Source: an uncultured candidate division Zixibacteria bacterium
GTDB lineage: Bacteria; Zixibacteria; MSB-5A5; GN15; FEB-12
Direction: 5' to 3'
Assembly (NCBI GenBank): GCA_963664195.1
Contig: OY760907.1
Coordinates: 3,648,001-3,712,000, forward strand
DNA: 64,000 bases
A program made the translations under genes and the position numbers. The notes beneath the pieces are model-generated. The model made no database searches. It was not told where the DNA came from and was given only the letters and a program-made list of their open reading frames with translations. Of the stretch, positions 56,562 through 64,000 are shown piece after piece. The stretch's first letter is position 1, and every line of letters starts with the position of its first letter.

Positions 56562-58493
56562 CTACTTCTTGTCGTCGTCAACCACTTCAAAGTCGGCATC
56601 AACAGCGCCATCCTGCTCCGCGTCTGAGGTTTCAGCATCGGGCTGCTCACCCTGGGATTCCGCTCCCGGCTGCGCTCCGGCCTGCTGCGCCTGCTGTGCC
56701 TGCTGATACATCTGCTCAGCCAGTTTGTGCGAGGCCTGCGTCAGCTTCTCTTTGGCGGCCTTTATCGCCTCCAGGGAGTCGCCGTCCTTGACAGACTTCA
56801 GTTCCTCGACCGCTGTCTCAATAGCCTTCTTCTCGTCCGCACCAACCTTGTCACCGTGCTCCTTGAGCGTCTTCTCGGTAGCATACACCAGTTGGTCCGC
56901 CTCGTTGCGGGCGTTGATCAAATCGGCCTTCTTCTTGTCCTCGTCTGCGTTCTTTTCTGCATCCTGGACCATACGATCAATTTCCTGATCGCTCAGGCCG
57001 GACGACACCTCAATCTTGATTGATTGCTCTTTGCCGGTGGCCATATCCTTGGCGCTCACATTCACAATACCGTTGGCATCAATGTTGAACGTCACCTCAA
57101 TTTGCGGCACACCGCGCGGGGCCGGCGGAATGTCTGCCAAATCAAACTTGCCGAGAGTCCGGTTGTCGATAGCCATCTGGCGTTCACCCTGCAGCACGTG
57201 AATCGACACCGCCGGTTGATTGTCGGAGGCGGTCGAAAACACCTGCGACTTCTTCGTAGGAATAGTCGTGTTCCGGTCGATCAATTTCGTCATCACACCG
57301 CCAAGGGTCTCGATACCAAGGGACAGCGGCGTTACATCAAGCAACACCACATCCTGAACGTCACCGGCCAGCACACCGCCCTGGATGGCAGCGCCAAGCG
57401 CAACGACTTCGTCCGGATTCACACCTTTGTGAGGCTCTTTGCCAAACAGCTCCTTGACGATTTCGATGACCTTCGGCATACGAGTCATGCCGCCAACCAG
57501 CACCACTTCGTCAACATCACCGGTCGACAACTTGGCGTCGGCCAGCGCGGCACGGCACGGGTCAATCGTGCGACGAACCAGAGAGTCCGTCAACTGCTCA
57601 AACGCGGCCCGGCTGAGCGACAGATCGAGGTGCTTGGGACCGGATTGATCGGCCGTGATAAACGGCAGATTGATGCTGGTTTGCATCGACGACGACAATT
57701 CAATCTTGGCCTTCTCAGCGGCCTCTTTCAGACGCTGGAGAGCCATGCGATCCTTACGGAGATCAATCCCCTGACTCTTCTGGAATTCCGTAGCCATCCA
57801 GTCGATGATCGCCTGATCGAAGTCGTCGCCACCAAGGTGCGTATCGCCATTGGTGGAACGGACCTCAAATACGCCGTCGCCGAGTTCAAGAATAGAAATA
57901 TCGAACGTGCCGCCACCAAGATCATAAACCGCAATCTTCTCGTTGCCCTTCTTCTGTAGACCGTATGCCAACGAAGCCGCAGTCGGCTCGTTGATAATGC
58001 GGAGCACTTCGAGTCCGGCGATACGACCGGCATCCTTGGTTGCCTGGCGCTGGGCGTCATTGAAGTACGCCGGCACCGTGATAACGGCTTGCTTGACTTC
58101 CTCGCCAAGATAGTTCTCAGCCGCCTTTTTCAAATACTGAAGGGTCATGGCTGAGATTTCCGACGGCGGAAAGTCTTTGCCACCAGCCTCAACAATCACG
58201 TTACCGGAAGCGTCTTCTTTCACTTTGTACGGTACGATCTTCTCTTCGGAGGACACTTCCACATGACGACGGCCCATGAACCGCTTGATCGAAAACACGG
58301 TGTTCTCAGGGTTGGTCACGGCCTGACGTTTGGCGGCGGCGCCAACGAGACGCTCACCGTCTTTGGTAAAAGCAACCACTGACGGGGTCGTGCGGGCACC
58401 TTCCTGGTTCGGTATTACTACCGGGTCTTTTCCTTCAAGAACAGCCACACAGGAGTTGGTCGTCCCAAGGTCGATTCCGATTACTTTGCTCAT
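56562..58493 (-). CDS. dnaK: Chaperone DnaK
   Basis: [32 protein letters not shown]. Confidence 0.99.
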   Translation of the reverse strand: MSKVIGIDLGTTNSCVAVLEGKDPVVIPNQEGARTTPSVVAFTKDGERLVGAAAKRQAVTNPENTVFSIKRFMGRRHVEVSSEEKIVPYKVKEDASGNVIVEAGGKDFPPSEISAMTLQYLKKAAENYLGEEVKQAVITVPAYFNDAQRQATKDAGRIAGLEVLRIINEPTAASLAYGLQKKGNEKIAVYDLGGGTFDISILELGDGVFEVRSTNGDTHLGGDDFDQAIIDWMATEFQKSQGIDLRKDRMALQRLKEAAEKAKIELSSSMQTSINLPFITADQSGPKHLDLSLSRAAFEQLTDSLVRRTIDPCRAALADAKLSTGDVDEVVLVGGMTRMPKVIEIVKELFGKEPHKGVNPDEVVALGAAIQGGVLAGDVQDVVLLDVTPLSLGIETLGGVMTKLIDRNTTIPTKKSQVFSTASDNQPAVSIHVLQGERQMAIDNRTLGKFDLADIPPAPRGVPQIEVTFNIDANGIVNVSAKDMATGKEQSIKIEVSSGLSDQEIDRMVQDAEKNADEDKKKADLINARNEADQLVYATEKTLKEHGDKVGADEKKAIETAVEELKSVKDGDSLEAIKAAKEKLTQASHKLAEQMYQQAQQAQQAGAQPGAESQGEQPDAETSDAEQDGAVDADFEVVDDDKK

Positions 58494-58577
58494 AATCGAT
58501 TATCTCCTCTACTCGTATTAAACAGTACTATATCTCTTGGTTTGTCCCCTCGACTTACGCCAGAGAGGTCCTTCTAT

Positions 58578-59204
58578 TCACTCAGGCTTTCCCGTGCTCA
58601 CGCCCACTTTCGCGAAACGGAGCACCCGGTCGCCCATCATATATCCCTTGCCGATTTCTAGAGCCACGACGCCCTCATCGTACTCTTCCGATTCAACCTG
58701 CATCATCGCCTCGTGATGATTCGGATCGAACGGTTTGCCGAGCGCATCAATAGGTCTGACGTTGTACTTGCCCAGCAGATCGTTCATCTGGTTGTAGATC
58801 AATTCCGTCCCCTTGCGGAAAGCCCCGGCGTTGTTATCCTCACCCTCGCCACCATCGGCTGAGTGCTGCAGGGCACGTTCGAAATTATCCAGCACGTCCA
58901 GAAAATCTCCCATGAGCTTCTCATTGGCGTTCCGAATAACTTCGTCGAACTGCCGTGCCATGCGCTTTCTGTAGTTGTCGAGATCAGCCATAGCCAGCAG
59001 CTTCTGCTCTTCAAGCTCGGCCACTCGCGCGCGAAGACGCTCTTCCTCCGGAATCTCAGGCACAGGCTCTGGCTGACGCGAATTCTCTTCGGCGGATTCG
59101 ACCGCTCGTTCCGACTCATCGCCGCTGACCGGAATCACCTTCTCGTCGACCCCGGTCAGGTTTTCAATCTTCACTTCGTCCTTTGTCCTATTCTTGCGGG
59201 TCAT
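58578..59204 (-). CDS. grpE: Nucleotide exchange factor GrpE
   Basis: ADLDNYRKR, LDNFERAL, FDPNHHEAM, GY....RVLR.AKV.V. Confidence 0.97.
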   Translation of the reverse strand: MTRKNRTKDEVKIENLTGVDEKVIPVSGDESERAVESAEENSRQPEPVPEIPEEERLRARVAELEEQKLLAMADLDNYRKRMARQFDEVIRNANEKLMGDFLDVLDNFERALQHSADGGEGEDNNAGAFRKGTELIYNQMNDLLGKYNVRPIDALGKPFDPNHHEAMMQVESEEYDEGVVALEIGKGYMMGDRVLRFAKVGVSTGKPE

Positions 59205-59208
59205 ACTT

Positions 59209-60252
59209 CTATTGATCCTTCTTCTCGATTCCAGAAAGAACTTCGGTTATGGACTTGGCCGTGTACTCAACAATAGAAACGGCCTTGCTGTAGGGCATCC
59301 GCATCGGTCCGATTATCCCAACCGCCCCCTGCACCTTGCCCACTTTGTAAGAAGCCGTCACCAACGAACAATTGATGATATCGTGGATGGCGTTCTCACG
59401 GCCAATCGTAATAATCAAATCCTCTTCATGCACGTGAGCCAGGAACTCCGACAACACTTTGTTATCCTCCAGGACACCCAGCATGCGAAGTAGCTGGTCA
59501 CGGTCGGCAAACTCCGGCTTCATCAGGAGATTCTCGCGGCCAGACATAAGCAGCGCCTCGGGACTGTCCTCAGTCCAAATCCTGTCGCTGGATTCCATCA
59601 CCAGTTTGATCAACCGCGCGTTGCCCGGTATGTCTGCCAGCCGTGATGAAATGCTGTCCCTGATTTCGGATAGCGTCAGGCCACACAGCCGTTCTTTCAA
59701 CACCGCCTCAACCTCAGCGATACCCTGGACTGAAATCGAAGTCTCCACCTCCAGTATTAACGAGCGCGCCAGACCGGACTCCACAATGACGATCACCATC
59801 AGGCGTCCCTCGGCAATCGGGATCAAGCGAATATCCCTGAGTATTCCAACCTCAAACCGGGGTGAAATAGTCAACCCAAGTTGATTGGTTATCTGCCCGA
59901 GCACTTTGGCCGTCTGGCCGAGAATCTCACGAATTCCCCGCCCTTCCTTCAGTATCCCCTGACGAATGATCAACTTCTCTTCTTCCGACAACTTCTGCGG
60001 CTTAAGCAGGTAATCCACGTACACGCGGTAACCGACATCGGTCGGCACACGCCCCGCAGAAGTATGCGGTTGCTCGACAAGACCCAGTTCCTCAAGGTCC
60101 TGAAGCGTGTTGCGAATCGTCGCCGATGAGATGCCCATATCAAACTTGTTGGCAATCACCCTCGACCCCACCGGATCAGCAGAACTGATATAGTGGTTGA
60201 TCAGATTCGCCAGAATCCGCTTTTCCCGTTCTGTCAGGTTCTCAAACGCCAT
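59209..60252 (-). CDS. hrcA: Heat-inducible transcription repressor HrcA
   Basis: PVGSR, SSATIRN, QPHTSAGRVPT..GYR.YVD, GIIGPMRM.Y. Start MAFENL; the ORF extends to 60270. Confidence 0.97.
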   Translation of the reverse strand: MAFENLTEREKRILANLINHYISSADPVGSRVIANKFDMGISSATIRNTLQDLEELGLVEQPHTSAGRVPTDVGYRVYVDYLLKPQKLSEEEKLIIRQGILKEGRGIREILGQTAKVLGQITNQLGLTISPRFEVGILRDIRLIPIAEGRLMVIVIVESGLARSLILEVETSISVQGIAEVEAVLKERLCGLTLSEIRDSISSRLADIPGNARLIKLVMESSDRIWTEDSPEALLMSGRENLLMKPEFADRDQLLRMLGVLEDNKVLSEFLAHVHEEDLIITIGRENAIHDIINCSLVTASYKVGKVQGAVGIIGPMRMPYSKAVSIVEYTAKSITEVLSGIEKKDQ

Positions 60253-60376
60253 AGGTTTCCTGCGCCTCATTTCACCAAACTGCCATTATGGCAGTACTTG
60301 TGTCAGGGGCGATCATAAGTAACACAATTTATAACGTTCGTCAAGCCTAAACGATTCCTTGAGTTTCATTTACATG

Positions 60377-60405
60377 AAAAAAACCGCCCCTTTCAGGGCG
60401 GTTTT
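60377..60405 (-). terminator. Intrinsic terminator
   Basis: A-run AAACCGCCC-CTTTCA-GGGCGGTTTT downstream of the Lys-rich gene. Confidence 0.75.
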
Positions 60406-60436
60406 CTTGAATACTAGTCGTGTTTAGCCAACAGGC

Positions 60437-60760
60437 TCACTTCTTCTTAGTCTTCGACTTGCTCTTGTCTTCCTTTTTTGACTCGCTGGTCTTGCTTTTC
60501 GTGGCAGTCGTCTTTTTCGTCGATGAAGTTTTCTTCGTAATCAGGTTTTCCCGGCGGTCATCGATCCCGTTCTTGTTCTTGTCAACAAAGTTGTCATACT
60601 TTTTCTTGCTCGGGCTTGACTTGGTTGTCGAGGACTTCTTTTTGTCCTTCTGTGTCGTCTTCGTTTTGCTCTTTTTGTCCTTCTTCTCTACCGCCACCAC
60701 CGACCCTGTTGCGGAGAACAGAAAGAACGCACAAACGAGATATGTGATAAGCCTCTTCAT
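60437..60760 (-). CDS. Small secreted Lys/Ser/Thr-rich protein with one DxNxNGxDD Ca-loop-like motif
   Basis: GAGGA RBS, MKRLITYLVCAFFLF signal, FVDKNKNGIDDR flanked by basic low-complexity sequence. Confidence 0.7.
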   Translation of the reverse strand: MKRLITYLVCAFFLFSATGSVVAVEKKDKKSKTKTTQKDKKKSSTTKSSPSKKKYDNFVDKNKNGIDDRRENLITKKTSSTKKTTATKSKTSESKKEDKSKSKTKKK

Positions 60761-60845
60761 AGTGATGTTCCTCTGCACAAAAATTCCTGCCGCTCAAGAA
60801 GCGGTCAACATGTTTTGCCGACCGCCCCAGTCACGTCAGCGGCCT

Positions 60846-62495
60846 CTATCGCCTGGACTTGCCCTTTCCAGCGGAAGAGCGCGAACTGCTCGACTTGCCT
60901 GAGCTGCTCGACTTTGAACTGCTGTTTGACCTGCTGCCGCCGGAAGACTTCACGCTGCCAGAAGACTTCGAACTCGACTTCGGCTCACTCTGCCTGTACG
61001 AGTCGGAGGATTTCTTGCTTGATCCCTTGTTGCTTGAAGGCTCCGACTTCACTGCGGGAGTGCGCTTCGTCGGAGTGGACTTCTTCTCCACTTGCGAAGG
61101 CGCAGACTTCTTTGAAGATCCTGAAGACTTCGAGGCCTTACCGCTCCTTGCCTTTGAACTGTTGCCCGACTTCTTCTGGTAGTAGCCTGAAGACTTGCTG
61201 CTTGATTTCGTACTGCCGCTTCTGTAGCTGCTTCCGGATTTCGTCGTCGAACGTGTCGACGAACTCGTAGTGGTTCTCGACTTGACCGTATTGCTTGAAG
61301 TGCTCGTCGACCGCGACTTGCTGTCGTAGCTGCCCTGTTTCCTGGCGGTTGAGCCGGTCTTGGTGCGCGTCTTCTTCTCGGACTGGTAAACACCGGTCGA
61401 GGCATCAGTTTCATAACCACGGCTGGTCTCGGTCATCTTGGTCGAACCGCGCACGTACTTCTTGCCCGTAGTCGCTGTCACAGTCTTGCCGGTCACAGTC
61501 GTGGTCGAGCGCGTCGTTTTGGTCACCGCACCGCCAGTCTTGCCAACTACTGTACCATCGGCGACTGTCTTGGTCTTGAACTTCGGGTACCCGCTTTTCA
61601 CCGGGTCACGATAACCGACCTCACGCACTTCTTTGTACTTCGATCGCACATTCGGCACCGGTCTCACAATGTCGCGATCAAACACGACTGTGTTGTACCG
61701 GCTCACATGGAAGTCGTGCTCCCAGCAACGATGACTGCGATCGTAGATAGTGATAGTATGCCAACCGATGGCGAGACGCGGGATATACATGGGCGCACAG
61801 CCCCAGTAGATGCCGTTGACATAAATCGCACCACCGTACGGATAATCGATATAGCAGTTGCCGTATACGGTCCAACTTGGGTAGTAGGGCGTATACACGG
61901 GATGATAATATTCCTCTTCCCACTCGTTGACATAGACCGCGGCGCGATCATACGCAAACCGCTGTCCGCCATACTTCACGAAATGCGTATCATTGAGATA
62001 GTCCATGTAGTCCGCACGGTCATCCCAGTCTGCGATCAGTCCTGAATTATGGTACCAGTTCGGAATCGGGAAGCGTTCCCGCGAGGCAACGATCTGGATA
62101 TTCTCGAATCCTTCCGGACCGGACACTTCCAGATCATAGTCGTCATCTTCGCCCGGCAGGCTATAGGTTGCCCCGCCGCGAATATAGTTCTCGTCTTCAG
62201 GATCTGCCGGGAACAGCAGGTTCACTCGACCACGCGTGTCAATTGAGTAAATCGCTATAAACGCATCCCGGTTGACCCGGAAGTTGATTACGATGTTATC
62301 CCCTTCGTAATACTCACCGTCATAGTGATCCGTCCAGACCTCCACATCGAGATACTGATCGATTTTCGCATGGTCGTAGTCATCGTGATCGCTGTTCCGC
62401 TCGATCGACTGCGCCTGCGCACCGATGATTCCGGCCAACAGCATCAGGGCCGTCGCCAGGCTGAGAGTTGAAAGTTTGCGTAACATTATATTCAC
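60846..62495 (-). CDS. Secreted DUF4384-domain protein with PEGA-like segment and long basic S/K/T-rich tail
   Basis: Signal peptide; VWTD...Y.EGD.I...VNRDA.I.IY.ID..G.V.LLFP...GPEG.E.IQIVAS; low-complexity C-terminal ~240 aa. Confidence 0.75.
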   Translation of the reverse strand: MNIMLRKLSTLSLATALMLLAGIIGAQAQSIERNSDHDDYDHAKIDQYLDVEVWTDHYDGEYYEGDNIVINFRVNRDAFIAIYSIDTRGRVNLLFPADPEDENYIRGGATYSLPGEDDDYDLEVSGPEGFENIQIVASRERFPIPNWYHNSGLIADWDDRADYMDYLNDTHFVKYGGQRFAYDRAAVYVNEWEEEYYHPVYTPYYPSWTVYGNCYIDYPYGGAIYVNGIYWGCAPMYIPRLAIGWHTITIYDRSHRCWEHDFHVSRYNTVVFDRDIVRPVPNVRSKYKEVREVGYRDPVKSGYPKFKTKTVADGTVVGKTGGAVTKTTRSTTTVTGKTVTATTGKKYVRGSTKMTETSRGYETDASTGVYQSEKKTRTKTGSTARKQGSYDSKSRSTSTSSNTVKSRTTTSSSTRSTTKSGSSYRSGSTKSSSKSSGYYQKKSGNSSKARSGKASKSSGSSKKSAPSQVEKKSTPTKRTPAVKSEPSSNKGSSKKSSDSYRQSEPKSSSKSSGSVKSSGGSRSNSSSKSSSSGKSSSSRSSAGKGKSRR

Positions 62496-62509
62496 ACTCC
62501 TTGCTATAA

Positions 62510-63397
62510 TTATCGTGCGTTGCCGCCGAGATCACTTATCAGAGTCGCTCCCGGTCGAGGCTTAAGATACCCCTCCGGACGATCTGTGTTCTTCGGCTGG
62601 GCCGGGGCCAATTCGGGGTTGCCGACGGCGGTCTGGTAGGCCCATTGGAACGTAATCGAACCTGAAGCGTTATCAGATAGCGCTCGCATTTTCGCGAAGT
62701 TATTGTCAGCTGTCCAGACGACATACGTGTGACCTAGAACGATCTCGACGTAGCCAAGCTCAGACCAGCCGTCTCCAGGCGCCCAGCCGATATCGTCAAA
62801 CGAGCCGGTGAAGCCCATATCCTGAATATCGATCATGCTGTTGCCAACATTCAGATAGTGAATGCCGTCACCGTCGGTGTCAATCCAGACATCAGCAGCC
62901 GCACTGTTCAGCGTCACGACCGTACCAGTGGCAAGATTGAAACCGGCAAGGCTGGTATCGATCTCCATCGGGAAGACTGTAGCCTGTCCCTCGGGTCGCG
63001 GCGTATCGAAAACGTCTTCAGCAGAAAGAGCACTTACCTGCCCCGCCCGGTCGACCGCTGAAATCGCGTAGTAGTACGTAACGCCGTTGGTCACATCCGA
63101 ATCGATATACTCGTAGATTATCAGATCAAGATCGGGATTGCTCACCGCGTCCACGGCACCAATCGCCGTATAACCTGTCGTGGCGTTCAGCGAGCGATAC
63201 ACCACGTACTCATCAACATCCCGTTCGTAAATTCCGTTGAAATACACGTAAACGGCGTCATCACCCGTTATGCTGTATACACCCTGCGGAGTCGCGGGTA
63301 CCGGATCGTTGTCTACAATGACGCCGTCGTCATCATCACATCCGATCAACGTCAGTGCAAAAAGGGCCAGCAGTATTGATGTCAGTTTGGTCTTCAT
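62510..63397 (-). CDS. Lipoprotein with fibronectin type III-like domain
   Basis: Lipobox TLIGC, PATPQGV, Y.VYRS, NGVTYYYAISAVDRAG..S.LS. Confidence 0.8.
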   Translation of the reverse strand: MKTKLTSILLALFALTLIGCDDDDGVIVDNDPVPATPQGVYSITGDDAVYVYFNGIYERDVDEYVVYRSLNATTGYTAIGAVDAVSNPDLDLIIYEYIDSDVTNGVTYYYAISAVDRAGQVSALSAEDVFDTPRPEGQATVFPMEIDTSLAGFNLATGTVVTLNSAAADVWIDTDGDGIHYLNVGNSMIDIQDMGFTGSFDDIGWAPGDGWSELGYVEIVLGHTYVVWTADNNFAKMRALSDNASGSITFQWAYQTAVGNPELAPAQPKNTDRPEGYLKPRPGATLISDLGGNAR

Positions 63398-63443
63398 GGC
63401 TCAGAATCCTTTTTTCTATTTTCCGTCTTCTGGCGCACTGACA

Positions 63444-63460
63444 AACAAGATTCGTGCCAA
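63444..63460 (-). promoter_or_regulatory. sigma54-like promoter (perfect -24, variant -12)
   Basis: TTGGCACGAATCTTGTT upstream of the FN3 lipoprotein, just downstream of a sigma54 activator gene. Confidence 0.55.
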
Positions 63461-63576
63461 GAAGGCTAAGACCCTTTACCACAATGAGATAACAATATTT
63501 GGGAAGGTCGGATCGGCCGCCCTATCGCACAATTATTGTGCGCGAGCGAGTGGGCGTGCACTGAAATTGTGTGGGG

Positions 63577-64000
63577 CTACTTCTCGGCGGCAAGCCCGTA
63601 CTCTTTGATTTTGGCTCGCAAGGTGTTACGATGGATTCCGAGTCTCTCGGCCGACACGCCGATATTCCAGCCCAACTCATCCAGGCAAGCCTTGATATGC
63701 CGCCGTTCCATTTCAGCCAGGGAGCAGATGTCCCCCTGCATCGGAGACGGCGCACCGGAGTCCAGACCGGCTAGATCGTCTCTTGTCAGACAGTTTGATT
63801 GCGTAAGAATCAAGGCACGTTCGATGATATTCTCAAGCTCCCGCACGTTTCCCGGCCACGAATACGCGGTCAGGGCCGCGGCCGCTTGCGCGTCAAGCCC
63901 GTTGACATCCTTGCCTACCTTGCGAGCATACTTGTCGATAAACTTCTCGGCCAACAGAAGAACATCCCCCGTTCGCTCCGCCAGTGGAGGTAGATGAACT
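63577..64000 (-). CDS. sigma54-dependent Fis-family transcriptional activator (C-terminal part; 5' end outside the window)
   Basis: LPPLAER.GD, YSWPGNVRELENIIERA, AERLGIHRNTLRAKIKEYGL. Confidence 0.92.
   Translation of the reverse strand, partial: VHLPPLAERTGDVLLLAEKFIDKYARKVGKDVNGLDAQAAAALTAYSWPGNVRELENIIERALILTQSNCLTRDDLAGLDSGAPSPMQGDICSLAEMERRHIKACLDELGWNIGVSAERLGIHRNTLRAKIKEYGLAAEK

Noticed and set aside
57024..57959. 311-aa ORF antisense to dnaK
   Set aside because: Long antisense frames on dnaK are a common codon-bias artefact.
60420..61182. Plus-strand hydrophobic ORFs 60420..60902 and 60859..61182
   Set aside because: They mirror the Lys/Ser-rich minus-strand genes, which have an RBS and signal peptides.

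Overview
A gene-dense, mostly chromosomal bacterial window. Dockerin-like 'TMGDLTxLIDHLFISL' tails and PNPFN-type C-terminal sorting domains suggest Candidatus Zixibacteria or a related FCB lineage (inference). In order it holds: a C10 cysteine peptidase running off the left edge; tRNA-Cys and tRNA-Gly; glgA, galT and a sugar nucleotidyltransferase; DJ-1; QueT; two HTH/WYL regulators separated by a ~415-bp spacer unusually dense in TGTCA/TGACA; a lipoprotein/beta-barrel/M6 protease operon; secreted dockerin-tailed proteins; an Omp85-like gene divergent from a T4P/T2SS-like operon; DoxX and rhodanese; a DUF2723-GT4-flippase cluster; an FMN-riboswitch-controlled ribD-ribE-ribBA-ribH-nusB operon; REP-like repeats followed by a small gene and a Rad50/RloC-like ATPase (candidate defence islet); a His-less GAF pseudokinase; an acidic repeat lipoprotein; rnhC, efp, a PAS kinase, pilD, rsmE, prmA, dnaJ-dnaK-grpE-hrcA; and a sigma54 activator cut by the right edge. 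The strongest leads are the WYL pair with its motif array, the two-gene ATPase islet, and a recurring sigma28-like promoter in front of pilus and signalling genes. All calls are by eye; no database searches or folding programs were run.
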